From contig CAWICC010000005.1 of NCBI GenBank assembly GCA_963834535.1, forward strand, positions 263,743 through 327,742: a stretch of 64,000 bases of DNA, in the 5' to 3' direction. How positions within the stretch are numbered: the stretch's first letter is position 1; each line of letters starts with the position of its first letter. Below the pieces are notes generated by a model. That model was not told where the DNA came from, searched no databases, and saw only the letters and a program-made list of their open reading frames with translations. Below are positions 1-10,107 of the stretch, in pieces. Source of the stretch: an uncultured delta proteobacterium. GTDB lineage: Bacteria > Desulfobacterota > Binatia > Binatales > Binataceae. A program made the position numbers and the translations under genes.

Positions 1-1
1 G

Positions 2-463
2 AGTCTGCGCGGTACGGCTCTGTTGACGCGCGCTTATCGAACGCTGCGCGATCCGGTCAGCCGCGGTCTCTATTGGCTTGAGCTCAACGGTCACAAGCTG
101 GCGGAAAACAACCAGGGCGTTCCGGTTGATCTCGCGGCGACGGTCTTCGAGGTGCACGATCAGTTGTCAGATCTGAGCGTGGCGCGCCGCACCGATGCGC
201 ACGCGGCCGCTCGGTTGCGAGCGGAGATCGACGAACGCCGCGCGGAACTGCATCGCATGATCGATGGTGCTGTGCGCGAACTTCAAAAGAATTTCGCCCG
301 CTGGGATGCGCGCGATGCTAACGATGCTTACGATCATCATGTTGACGACCAGCGCCCGGATACTCTGGTGATGGAACTTAAGGCAGTGCTCTCGAAGATT
401 GCTTATCTCAGAACCCTGATTCGCGACATCGACCGGGACCTGGATTCGGCTCAAGCCGCCTGA
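2..463 (+). CDS. hscB: Fe-S cluster co-chaperone HscB, C-terminal portion (gene starts upstream of the window)
   Basis: The frame is open from the window edge. '...AYRTLRDPVSRGLYWLEL' matches the end of the HscB J-domain and is followed by a helical C-domain. The gene lies directly upstream of hscA and iscX. Confidence 0.8.
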   Translation, partial: SLRGTALLTRAYRTLRDPVSRGLYWLELNGHKLAENNQGVPVDLAATVFEVHDQLSDLSVARRTDAHAAARLRAEIDERRAELHRMIDGAVRELQKNFARWDARDANDAYDHHVDDQRPDTLVMELKAVLSKIAYLRTLIRDIDRDLDSAQAA

Positions 464-582
464 ACGTTACAGCCCCCGGCGGACGGTCGCAGCTTAAAGG
501 GCCGTTTGCGGAAGCGATCGGCGATGCCGAGCGAACGAATTGGCGAGGCACGCTCAAATTGGATTGGTAAATAGAAGTTTCG

Positions 583-2448
583 ATGGCTCGAATTTTTGGC
601 ATAGACCTTGGCACTACCAACAGCCTGATCGCTGTGATGGAAGACGACAAGCCGCGCGTGATCGCCGATGCCTCCAGCGACAGCGCATTGTTGCCTTCAG
701 TAGTTGCGCTCGCGCCTGACGGCAGGGTTTTCGTCGGCCACGAGGCGATTGCGATGGAGCCGCACCTCAGCGTCGAGCGCGACGGCCGCGTCTCTGCGGT
801 GGATTTTCCTGGCGGCGAGACCGGTGCGGTCGTACGTTCGGTCAAGCGCTACATGGGTCTCGGCGGTACCGAACTTGCCGATGAGGATCGCCGCCGCTAC
901 ACCTTCGCCGACCTCTCCGGCCCGGTGGTGCGCTTCCAGATCGGTTCGCGCACCTATACTCCGCCCCAGATCTCGGCCGAAATCCTGCGCGCCCTTAAGG
1001 CTCGCGCGGAAGCCGCGCTGGATGGCGAAAAGGTCGATCGCGTCGTCGTCACGGTCCCGGCCTATTTCAATGACGGACAGCGCCAGGCTACGAAGGATGC
1101 CGGCCGTCTCGCCGGTCTTGAAGTCGTGCGCCTGGTCAACGAGCCGACCGCGGCGTCGCTCGCCTACGGCCTTAATCAAAAGGCTGAAGGGCGCGTCGCA
1201 GTATTCGATTTCGGCGGCGGCACTTTCGATATTTCCATCCTCAATATCAAGGGCGGCATCTTTGAGGTGCTCGCGACCAACGGCGATACTCACCTTGGCG
1301 GTGACGATCTTGATGGTCTGCTTATCGATGTGATTCTCGATGGCGTGCCTGACGCAACGCGGTCTGATCGCCACGTCTGGAATAGCGCTAGGCTCGTCGC
1401 GGAGGCCGCCAAGAGGCACCTCAGCACAGCTGATCGTGTGGAGTTGAAGCTCGATCTTGCCGATCGCAAGATTGTTCGCACGCTCACTCGCCCCGAGTTC
1501 GATCGGATGGCGGCGCCGCTCATCGATCGCACGCTCGAATGCTGCCGGCGCGCTCTTGCCGACGCCGGCTTGGCCGCGCGTGAGATCGACGCGGTCGTGC
1601 TGGTCGGCGGCTCGACGCGAATGCCGCTGGTGCGCCGTCGCGTGGGCGAGCTCTTCGGCCGTGAGCCCCTCTGCACGCTCGATCCCGACCAGGTCGTAGC
1701 CCTTGGCGCTGCCGTGCAGGCCGGCGTCCTGATGGGTACTCAGGGCGATATGCTGCTGCTTGATGTCGTCCCGCTGTCGCTCGGTATCGAAACCATGGGC
1801 GGCGTGATGGAGCGCCTAATCCATCGCAATACCACCATTCCGACCAGCGCCACCGAAGGCTTTACGACGGCGGTTGACAACCAGACGCACGTCGATGTTC
1901 ACGTGCTGCAGGGCGAGCGCGAACTGGCGCCGGACTGCCGCAGCCTCGCGCGCTTCAAGCTCGGACCGCTCGATGCGCAACCCGCGGGTATGCCTCGTAT
2001 AGAAGTCACTTTCCTCATCGACGCGAACGGAATACTCAATGTTACAGCGCGCGACGAGCGCACCGGCAGTGAGCATTCGGTCGATATCAAGCCCAGTTAC
2101 GGGCTTACGGACGACGATATCGAGCGCATGCTCGAGGAGTCGATCGATTTCGGCGAGCAGGATATCGAACAACGGCTGCTGATCGCGGCGCGCAACGATG
2201 CCGATCAGATTCTGACCGCACTCGAGAAGCAGTTGCGCGAATATGGGGATCTGGTGGACGCGGATGAGCGGCGGCGGATGGCGGATGTGGTGGCGCGTGT
2301 CGAACTCGCGCGCCAGGGCGAGGATCGCGAACTGTTGAGCAAACTCGTCGAAGAACTCAACGAAGTAACCACTCCGTTTGCTGAACGTATTATGGATGGG
2401 GCGATTAAGCTCGCCCTCAAGGAAAAGTCGATCGAGGAGCTTGCTTGA
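583..2448 (+). CDS. hscA: Fe-S cluster chaperone HscA (Hsp70 family)
   Basis: 621 aa with Hsp70 ATPase motifs '[11 protein letters not shown]', 'VTVPAYFND', 'DFGGGTFD' and 'LVGGSTRMP'. It is placed between hscB and iscX. Confidence 0.9.
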   Translation: MARIFGIDLGTTNSLIAVMEDDKPRVIADASSDSALLPSVVALAPDGRVFVGHEAIAMEPHLSVERDGRVSAVDFPGGETGAVVRSVKRYMGLGGTELADEDRRRYTFADLSGPVVRFQIGSRTYTPPQISAEILRALKARAEAALDGEKVDRVVVTVPAYFNDGQRQATKDAGRLAGLEVVRLVNEPTAASLAYGLNQKAEGRVAVFDFGGGTFDISILNIKGGIFEVLATNGDTHLGGDDLDGLLIDVILDGVPDATRSDRHVWNSARLVAEAAKRHLSTADRVELKLDLADRKIVRTLTRPEFDRMAAPLIDRTLECCRRALADAGLAAREIDAVVLVGGSTRMPLVRRRVGELFGREPLCTLDPDQVVALGAAVQAGVLMGTQGDMLLLDVVPLSLGIETMGGVMERLIHRNTTIPTSATEGFTTAVDNQTHVDVHVLQGERELAPDCRSLARFKLGPLDAQPAGMPRIEVTFLIDANGILNVTARDERTGSEHSVDIKPSYGLTDDDIERMLEESIDFGEQDIEQRLLIAARNDADQILTALEKQLREYGDLVDADERRRMADVVARVELARQGEDRELLSKLVEELNEVTTPFAERIMDGAIKLALKEKSIEELA

Positions 2449-2539
2449 CAAAAATGAAGGGTGGGTGCATAATGCGCGGCCTCATCGGCAGATCTCATGC
2501 GGACCCCCTCCCGACGTTGTTTAAGGGGGTTAATTCGTA

Positions 2540-2755
2540 ATGAAATTCAAGTGGGACCAGGCGGAAGAGATTGCCGAAGTTCTGGCCGAAAATCATCCCG
2601 GCCTCAATCCGCTGCAAGCGCGATTTACGGATATTCGGCAATGGGTGATCGATCTCGATGAGTTTGGCGACGAGCCGGGCGCTTCGAGTGAAAGCAAGCT
2701 GGAGGCCATTCAGATGGCTTGGCACGAGTTGTACAAGGAAAACAGCGACGACTGA
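2540..2755 (+). CDS. iscX: Fe-S assembly protein IscX (YfhJ)
   Basis: 71-aa acidic protein. 'KWDQAEEIAEVLAENHPGLNPLQARFTDIRQWVIDLDEFGDEP' is colinear with E. coli IscX. Confidence 0.85.
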   Translation: MKFKWDQAEEIAEVLAENHPGLNPLQARFTDIRQWVIDLDEFGDEPGASSESKLEAIQMAWHELYKENSDD

Positions 2756-2798
2756 ATAGACAAAAAGTGTGGAACGTCTTAGATAAGGAGGTGGCGGG

Positions 2799-3416
2799 GT
2801 GGATGCGATGAGGATAGACCAGGGAGCGAAGATGCAGGAAAAGGAAACATTGGACGAGAGATTGCCGGCTCTGTTTGAGCCCGACACCCTTTTGCCCATT
2901 CAATATTTCGAGGCGATGCGCCGCAAGCATTTGCTTGAGGGTGAAAAGCGCCTGATTCTCAGCGTGCTCGAAGACGCGATTGAATGCTTCATGAAGTGCA
3001 TGGACTCGGCCACCAATAAGGGCCAGCGCCTGTATCGTGAGGCCGACGAATGGATTGCCCTCGAAGATAAGCATTGGGTGTTCTCTTTCGACAACGTCTG
3101 CGACATGCTCGACATTAACCCCGAGTACATGCGGCGTGGATTGCGCGACTGGAAACAGCGCAAATTGGAGGCTATACAGCGCGCCGCAGAGGCCAAAGCT
3201 GAGGCGGACGCACGCGCGGAAAGCGACGCTGCGGCCGGTATCGGAACCGAGCCGGTAACGGAGGCCGTCGAGGTGGCTAAGCCCACTGAAGCCCCGCAGC
3301 CGATCGTCGCGCCGGCAGCCAAAACTTTCGCGCCGAGGGCGGTTCAGCGCAAGGGCGTGATGACTGCGCCGGCGCGGTCGGCCTCGCGGAGCAACCTGCG
3401 TAAGGCTCGCGCTTAG
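2799..3416 (+). CDS. Hypothetical protein with a helical N-half and an Ala/Glu/Pro-rich tail
   Basis: 205-aa ORF in the sense direction after iscX, with non-antisense-like composition. I recognise no family. The start is uncertain because there are several in-frame Met codons. Confidence 0.5.
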   Translation: MDAMRIDQGAKMQEKETLDERLPALFEPDTLLPIQYFEAMRRKHLLEGEKRLILSVLEDAIECFMKCMDSATNKGQRLYREADEWIALEDKHWVFSFDNVCDMLDINPEYMRRGLRDWKQRKLEAIQRAAEAKAEADARAESDAAAGIGTEPVTEAVEVAKPTEAPQPIVAPAAKTFAPRAVQRKGVMTAPARSASRSNLRKARA

Positions 3417-3430
3417 TCAGAGCCGCTTGA

Positions 3431-3507
3431 CACCCCTGAGTGCAGGGGTGAGCCGACCATAAATCAAACTGCACGAAGGTGAGGGCGGCCTGCATGGCCG
3501 CCTTCAC
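3431..3507 (+). terminator. Two GC-rich hairpins downstream of the 2799-3416 gene (candidate terminator or RNA structure)
   Basis: Hairpin 1 is CACCCCTG-agtg-CAGGGGTG at 3431-3450. Hairpin 2 is GTGAGGGCGGCC-tgcat-GGCCGCCTTCAC at 3479-3507 with one mismatch. No clear U-tract follows. Confidence 0.35.
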
Positions 3508-3907
3508 TAATTCTGCGCGATGAAGTCACGCAGGTGCCGTCGTCTCCTTCTCCAGTGCGAGTTGGCACAGATTTACGAAGCTCACGCGCGTCGGCATGAG
3601 CCTCCAATAGCTTCGCTTTCTTCGGACCGACCCTCTTTGGGCGGGCGAGTTCGTTCGCTCCACAGTTGCTTTCATCATGGCGCAGCCCAATTTGGTATAC
3701 ACGGTTACCAATTGCGGTGCTTCTATTCCATTGCATCCCGCTTGCTACATCTCGCCTCGATAAATGCTCATCTTTTCACCAATCAAACCACGGCACGCTT
3801 GATGCTCAGTTCTCTTAGTCAGTGAGAGTCGAGGCGGATGGTAAACGTAAACGCGGTTATCTACGTCTTAATCTACAGTGGTCTTAATGAGCAGGAGGTA
3901 TCCGGTC

Positions 3908-4528
3908 GTGATTTCAAAGAAATCGATTGTAGCGTGGGTCTTCTCCGCGATTGTCAGCGTGGGGATGTTTGCGGTGCCCGGCCGGGCGCTGGCAGAGGAT
4001 TGGGGCCATGGTCACGGCTGGCACCATAGCGACGATGGCGGCGGCTGGCATGGCTGGGACAATCATCATCGGGACGATCAATGCGCACGCCCTGGCTATC
4101 GTCCTCAGGCCTATGGATATCGACGGCCTTATGCCCAAGGCTGGAATATGCCAGCGTATAATTATGGCCAGCAGGGCTATGGCTACAACTACAATCAGCC
4201 CGCGTATGGCTATAACTACAACCAGCCGGCCTATGGTTATAACAACTATCGCCCCGGCTACGGCCTCCCGGCCGATGGCCAGGGGATGATCGATCGCCGC
4301 CACCCAGGCCTGATGTGGACTTGTGACTCGGGCGGGCATCATTGCCACTGGGCGCCGCGCTTCGGCTACGGAGCGAATTCGCGCACCGGTCTGAATCCTT
4401 TCGCATACGGTGGGCTGAATAACGGTTACAATGGTGGCCGCTACTACGGTAACAACTACGCGAATGGCTACTATGGAAACTCGGGCATGGGTTCGCTGCT
4501 GGGACCGCTCTTCGGACAGCGCCCGTAG
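3908..4528 (+). CDS. Secreted low-complexity protein with a His/Trp-rich head and a Gly/Tyr/Asn-rich body
   Basis: AGGAGG at 3893-3898 lies 9 nt before GTG 3908. The signal peptide is 'ISKKSIVAWVFSAIVSVGMFAVPGRALA-ED'. The mature part contains 'WGHGHGWHHSDDGGGWHGWDNHH' followed by GYNYNQPAY repeats. The ORF track starts earlier, at 3878. Confidence 0.7.
   Translation: MISKKSIVAWVFSAIVSVGMFAVPGRALAEDWGHGHGWHHSDDGGGWHGWDNHHRDDQCARPGYRPQAYGYRRPYAQGWNMPAYNYGQQGYGYNYNQPAYGYNYNQPAYGYNNYRPGYGLPADGQGMIDRRHPGLMWTCDSGGHHCHWAPRFGYGANSRTGLNPFAYGGLNNGYNGGRYYGNNYANGYYGNSGMGSLLGPLFGQRP
4181..4261 (+). repeat. Three tandem 27-nt in-frame repeats encoding GYNYNQPAY / GYNYNQPAY / GYNNYRPGY
   Basis: The units are ggctacaactacaatcagcccgcgtat (4181-4207), ggctataactacaaccagccggcctat (4208-4234) and ggttataacaactatcgccccggctac (4235-4261). 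Confidence 0.85.
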
Positions 4529-4556
4529 TTCTCGACTGATACCTGAGCGCCAAACT

Positions 4557-4590
4557 AAAAACGCCCCGCCAACCCGGCGGGGCGTTTTCT
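4557..4590. terminator. Bidirectional rho-independent terminator between convergent genes
   Basis: AAAAA-CGCCCCGCC-aaccc-GGCGGGGCG-TTTTCTTTTC. The 9-bp GC stem is flanked by an A-run and a T-run. Confidence 0.85.
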
Positions 4591-4629
4591 TTTCTCCCTC
4601 TCAAATCGCTTGTGCGTCCTCGGTCACGC

Positions 4630-5634
4630 TCACCAATTCGATGCTAGATTTTCGATTGCCTTCAGGATGCGCGTGCGCCTCTGTGCGGAATCGGGTGCGA
4701 ACGAGGTGAACTGCAGCGTGCTGGTCGTGATGCCCGCCCGTTCGAATTCGTGCAGTCGTTTCGCTATGCGATCTGGTGAGCCGAGTACGTAAAGCGCCTC
4801 GACCATGCTCTGTGGAATCGATTGAAGCGCTTGCTTGCGATCGCCTGCGTTCCAGGCCTCCAGGGCGCCGCGGGCCTCATTCTCGAAACCGATCTCGCGA
4901 AAGAACTTGTTGTACTGCGGCACGGTGACGTAGGCGGTAAGTTCGCGCCTCAGATTCTCGCGTACGATTTCCTCTTCGGGGTCAACCGCAACCTGGATGC
5001 GGCAGCAGATGTCGATATTGTCAGTCGGCTTGCCGGCACTCCGCGCGCCCTCGCGAATATGCTCCAGCAGCGGGCCGAAGGTCTCCGGTGTGATGTAGTT
5101 GACGATCACTCCGTCGCCGATCTCACCTGCTGTACGCAGCATCAGCGGCCCCTGCGCACCGACGTATATCGGCGGCGCCGGTTCCACTGGTCCCGAAAGC
5201 CGGAACCCATTGACGTGTACGGTCTTGCCCGACGTCGTGACCTTTTGTCCCGTGAACATTGCGCGCAGCGCCTCCACCGTCTCGCGCAGGCGCGTCACCG
5301 GCATCTTGTACGGCACCCCCATCCATTGTTCGACGATGGTCGGCGTCGAGATGCCGACGCCCAGAATAAAGCGGCCGCCCGAGATCCGTTGCAAGGTCGC
5401 CGACGAGATCGCGATCAACGCCGCCGGCCGCGTGAAGACCGGCACGATCGCGGTGCCGAGGCGCATTTTTTCACTCGCTAACGCGGCGGCCCCTAGTGGT
5501 ACGAAAGCATCGCCGTGAAAGGTTTCGTAGGACCACGCGTCTGTGAAGCCGGCGCGCTCCGCATGCCGCACCAGTTCGCCGAAGTGCGGATTCTGAAAGC
5601 CGTCGAGAGGTACTGTAATTCCAAGTCGCATCAT
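4630..5634 (-). CDS. LLM-class (luciferase-like) F420/flavin-dependent oxidoreductase
   Basis: 'MMRLGITVPLDGF...FTDAWSYETFHGDAFVPL...GGRFILGVGIS' is typical of the LLM family. The start is set at the internal ATG-ATG (5634), because the upstream part of the 388-aa ORF is Arg-rich junk. Confidence 0.8.
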   Translation of the reverse strand: MMRLGITVPLDGFQNPHFGELVRHAERAGFTDAWSYETFHGDAFVPLGAAALASEKMRLGTAIVPVFTRPAALIAISSATLQRISGGRFILGVGISTPTIVEQWMGVPYKMPVTRLRETVEALRAMFTGQKVTTSGKTVHVNGFRLSGPVEPAPPIYVGAQGPLMLRTAGEIGDGVIVNYITPETFGPLLEHIREGARSAGKPTDNIDICCRIQVAVDPEEEIVRENLRRELTAYVTVPQYNKFFREIGFENEARGALEAWNAGDRKQALQSIPQSMVEALYVLGSPDRIAKRLHEFERAGITTSTLQFTSFAPDSAQRRTRILKAIENLASNW

Positions 5635-5668
5635 CGTGGGAAAAATCTCCTGCTGGTCGTCAAAGATA

Positions 5669-8548
5669 TCAACCCACCGCCACGGGTTCGAGCCTCGGCG
5701 CCGCGGGGTCGAGATTAAGCGCCTCAGCCAGGTGCAGCGGCCGGCGTCCGTCACAGAAACTCCGGATCTGCGCGCGGCACGCGAAGCCGTCGGCAATTAC
5801 GATCGTCCCGGGAGTGCTTTGGTTGATCGCCGGGATTAATACGCGTTCGCCAATTGTTCTGGATAACTCGAAGCGGCTCTCGCCATATCCGAATGCTCCA
5901 GCCATTCCGCAGCACCCGGCGTCTGGTACCGCGACTTCAAGGGTGGCGGCTTTCGCAAGAAGCGCGAGTTCGGCAGCCATTCCGACCAGTGATTTCTGAT
6001 GACAATGGCCGTGTACGATCGCGCGGCCGCGAAGTTGCGGCGGCACGAAGCCCGGGGCCTCCTGCATGAGAAACTCGTCGATCAACATCGTGCTTGCCGC
6101 GAGCGTTTGCACCGATGAGAGGCGCGGGAATAGCGCCGGCAACTCGTCGCGAAACGTGAGAATGCAGCTCGGCTCCAGGCCGACGATTTTCACGCCGCGT
6201 TCCGCATACGGCCCCAGCATCTCCAGCGCATCGAGCATCCGCATGCGCGCGCGGTCGAGCATTCCCTGATCGTAAAGCGGACGTCCGCAGCACAAATCGC
6301 GCGGCGGTAGCGCGACCCGAAAGCCGGCGCGCTCGAGCACCGCGGTCGCGGCGATCGCCACCTGCGGCTCGAAGAAGTTGTTGAAGGTGTCCGGGAACAG
6401 CAAGACTTCGGCGGCCTTGAGGATTTGGCGTTCGATGATGCTCGAACCATCGCCGGAACGGAGTCGCCGCGAAACGCGGCAATTCGCGCTCCTTATGGAC
6501 GCCGATTGCGCGCTTGATCAGTGCGCTAGCCGGGCCGCCCGCGATCGAATTTGCGAGGCGCGGCGCATACGATGCGATTCGCGCCAACTCGTGAATGTGT
6601 CCAAAGAAGTGCGCCGACAGCGGGCGCCGATGATTGACGTAGTAGTGCGTGAGGAACTCGGCCTTGTACGCCGCCATATCGACCGACGCCGGGCATTCGG
6701 TCTTGCATGCCTTGCACGAGAGGCAAAGCTCGAGCGCGTCGTGCAGCGCCCCGTCGGCGAAGCCGTCCTTGAGCAGACCGCCAGCGAGAGCCTCATGCAG
6801 CAGGCGCGCGCGTCCGCGCGTCGAATGCGTTTCGTCGCGCGTCGCCATGTACGATGGGCACATCGTCCCGCGCGTCGGTCTTGCGACACTTGCCGATGCC
6901 GACGCACTTGAGCGCCGCCCCTGCCAGACCGCCTTCTGCGCTGAAATCGAAATGTGTGTGCACCCACTGCGGATTGTAGTTGGCGCCAATCCGCAGATTC
7001 GCGTCGAGCGGTTCCGGATCGACGATCACCCCAGGGTTCATCCGATGGTCTGGGTCGAACGCGCGCTTGAACTCGCGAAACGCTCCAATTAACTCGCTGC
7101 CGAACATTTTCGGCAGCAGTTCCGATCGTGCGAGGCCATCGCCGTGCTCTCCTGAGAGCGAGCCGCCGAACTCCGCGACCAGGTCGCCAATGTCGATCAT
7201 CGCCGCGCGGAACTTCGCAACGCCGTCGCGGGTGAAGAGGTCGAAGTTGATTCGGCAATGTACGCACCCCTCGCCGAAATGTCCGTAGTAGGTTGCGGCG
7301 GCGAGATCGTAGCCGTCGAGCAGCTTGACGAAGCGGCGCAGGAAATCGCCGAGCCGCTCCGGCGGCACCGCGCAATCCTCCGCCCCTGGCCACGTCCGCG
7401 GCTGCCCGCGCACGAATGCGCCCGCGCCCAGCCCCGATTCGCGCAGCCGCCACACCGCCAGCTGATCCTCGGGATCGATCAGCATGGACACTCCCGAACA
7501 CGCCGCGATGCGCTCGGCCTGCGCCCGCAATGCCGCCGCTGCATCGCGAACTTCGGCGGCAGTTTCACCGCCGATCTCAACCAGCAGGAAGGCGCGTCCG
7601 GCGGGTAATAGCTTTACCGCCGCGATGCCCTTTTGCCGCGCGATATCGGGCAGATGATGATCGAAGCCCTCGAGCGCCTGCGGCCGATGGCCCAGCATCC
7701 ACGGCATCTGATCCGCCGCCAGGAACACGTCGTCGAACCCGAGCACCACCAATGCGAGATGCCGCGGCTTCGGCACCAGACGCACCGTCGCATTCAGAAT
7801 CGTCGCCAGGGTCCCCTCCGATCCCACCATCGCCCGCGCCAGGTTGAAGCCGTTTTCAGGTAGCAGTTCGTCGAGATTATAACCCGACACGCGCCGCGGA
7901 ATTTTTGGGAATCGCGCGCGAATCGCATCGCCGTAACTCTCAGCCAGCGCGCGCAACGTCGTGTGCAACCCTGCGATGCGATCGCTGTGCGCACCCCTTG
8001 CGCAATCGTCCCCCCGAGCGTCATCCGCGTGCCGTCGTACAGCACCACCTCCAGTCCCTCGACGTTATCGACGGTCTTGCCGTGGGCGGCCGAATGGGCG
8101 CCGCAGGAGTTGTTGCCGATCATCCCGCCGATCGTGCAGCGATCCTTCGTCGAAGGGTCGGGCGCGAAGAACAATCCATACGGCGCAGCGGCCGCGTTGA
8201 GTTGCGCCTGTACCACTCCCGGCTGCACTACCGCGATGCGCTTATCGGCGTCGATGTCGCGCGATCGCGTTCATGTACTTCGAGCAATCGATCACCAGCG
8301 CCGTATTCGCCGTCTGCCCGCCCAGCGCAGTCCCGCCGCCGCGCGGCAGCACCGCCAGTCCGCTTTTCGCGCGCGAGATCGATCGCCCGGATGACGTCGC
8401 CCTCATGCCGCGGCACCACCACCCCGATCGGCACCCGTCGGTAGTTCGAAGCGTCGGTCGAATAGATCGCCCGGCTTGCCGCGTCGAAGCGCACCTCGCC
8501 TTCGATCGAAGCCGCCAGCTTGGCTCGCAATGAGTTAATCGAAACCAT
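5669..8548 (-). pseudogene. FAD-linked oxidase (GlcD-like) fused to an Fe-S/CCG (GlcF-like) domain, disrupted by at least 5 frame changes
   Basis: Homologous sequence runs colinearly through six frame segments:
- 8548 to about 8365: 'YSTDASNYRRVPIGVVVPRHEGDV'
- about 8360-8255: 'LAVLPRGGGTALGGQTANTALVIDCSKYMN'
- about 8262-8000: 'VVQPGVVQAQLN...GGMIGNNSCGAHS'
- 7968 to about 6900: '...GEHGDGLARS...CVGIGKCRKTD'
- about 6900-6430: 'GTMCPSYMATRDE.HSTRGRA...CLSCKACKTECP'
- 6403-5669: 'CCGRPLYDQG...DAGCCGMAGAFG'. Confidence 0.8.
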
Positions 8549-8722
8549 CGGCCTGCACGATACTAATGCACATGCCCCACATATTTACAGGATATGCTTG
8601 TCGCCAAAGGTTCACGCGACCGCGACTTGCACGCGCGCGACTCGCATTCGGCAAAAATGCGACGGGCGCGAGCACCTCGAATGCTCACGCCCGTTATCGC
8701 GCTCGACCTGGTCTGCCCGCGC

Positions 8723-9769
8723 TTATGCCGCCGGTGGGACAATCGCGATCTTTCCCGCGATCGTGCTCGTTTCCATCAGGTCCTGCGCCTTTCCCAGTTC
8801 TTTCAGCGCCAGCACCTGCCCGACCACCGGCTTGATATGACCGCTCTCGACGAACCGCATCGCGTCGATCAATTCGCCCTTATTTCCCAGATGCGATCCC
8901 AGGTAGTTCTGCTGCTTGTTCCACAACAGCCGGATATCCAGATGCGCATCGAAGCCCGAGGTCGCTCCGCACGTCACGATGGTGCCGCCCCACTTGAGGC
9001 ACTGCATCGAGATCGGCCACGTCTCCGCCCCCGTATGCTCGAACACGATATCCGCCCGCCGGCCGTCGGTGATCTTCCGCACTTCCTGAAAGATGTCGTG
9101 CTTCTTGCGATGCAGCACGAACTCCGCGCCCAGCTTCTTGCACAGTTCGAGTTTGTCGTCGGCCGACGCCACCGCTATCGCACGCGCGTTGAACAGCTTT
9201 GCGATCTGGATCGCCATTACGCCGAGTCCGCCCGCCGCTCCCCAGACCAGTACGAAGTCGCCCGCCTGGATATGCGCCCGCGATACCAGCATGCGCCACA
9301 CCGTCACCAGCACCAGCGGAATCGTCGCTGCTTCCTCAAAGCTCAAATTCGGCGGTTTCGGCAGCGTGTTGACCGCCGGCACCCTGCAATACTGACCATG
9401 CGCGCCGTCCAGCGGTCCGGTCTGAAAGCCCCAAATCCGGAAGTCCGGGCAGAAGTACTCCTCGCCCCGCGTGCAGTAATAGCATTGCCGGCACGAGATT
9501 CCGCAATGGACTACCACCTCGTCGCCGACCTTGACGTTTTTTACCTCGCTGCCGATATCCACCACGATGCCCGCCGCGTCCGATCCCGAGATATGCGGCA
9601 GGATGATCTTCATCCCCGGCAGCCCGCGCCGCGCCCAGATATCGTTGAAGTTGCAGGCCGAGGCCTTCACGTTGATCACGGCATCGTTGGGGCCGGCCTT
9701 CGGTATCGGCGTATCCCGATACTGCAGAACCTCGCATCCTCCGTGCTGCTCGAAAACAATCGCCTTCAT
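8723..9769 (-). CDS. Zinc-binding MDR-superfamily dehydrogenase (alcohol dehydrogenase / enoyl-thioester reductase-like)
   Basis: 'MKAIVFEQHGG...', a structural-Zn motif 'CRQCYYCTRGEEYFC' and the Rossmann motif 'VWGAAGGLGVMAIQ'. The 'ACNFNDIW' segment resembles the Ccr-like subgroup. Confidence 0.75.
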   Translation of the reverse strand: MKAIVFEQHGGCEVLQYRDTPIPKAGPNDAVINVKASACNFNDIWARRGLPGMKIILPHISGSDAAGIVVDIGSEVKNVKVGDEVVVHCGISCRQCYYCTRGEEYFCPDFRIWGFQTGPLDGAHGQYCRVPAVNTLPKPPNLSFEEAATIPLVLVTVWRMLVSRAHIQAGDFVLVWGAAGGLGVMAIQIAKLFNARAIAVASADDKLELCKKLGAEFVLHRKKHDIFQEVRKITDGRRADIVFEHTGAETWPISMQCLKWGGTIVTCGATSGFDAHLDIRLLWNKQQNYLGSHLGNKGELIDAMRFVESGHIKPVVGQVLALKELGKAQDLMETSTIAGKIAIVPPAA

Positions 9770-10107
9770 GCAAATGCCTTCTCTTGGCCGCATTCGCATA
9801 GGCGCGAACCAGCCGGGTTAAACGAAAGAAAATTATATGTTCCTGCCAGCCTTAACAACAGTCTCATTTTTGCGCCGCTCGCGGCTTTTCCGCGCCCGGT
9901 TGACCTGCGCAACCGAATCTCGTAAATAAGCGGCAACGGTATACCCCGCTTCGTAGCTGTTCCCGCGCTCGCAACGCATCGCCATTCCGCCCGTTAATCA
10001 CGCCGCCGGATGGAGCCAGCGCGTTTCTGCCACGCACCTCAAATGCGCCTTGGCAATCGTCCGGCAGCGGCTGGCATCCGTGATTTTTCACTATCGGAGA
10101 CACTCCC

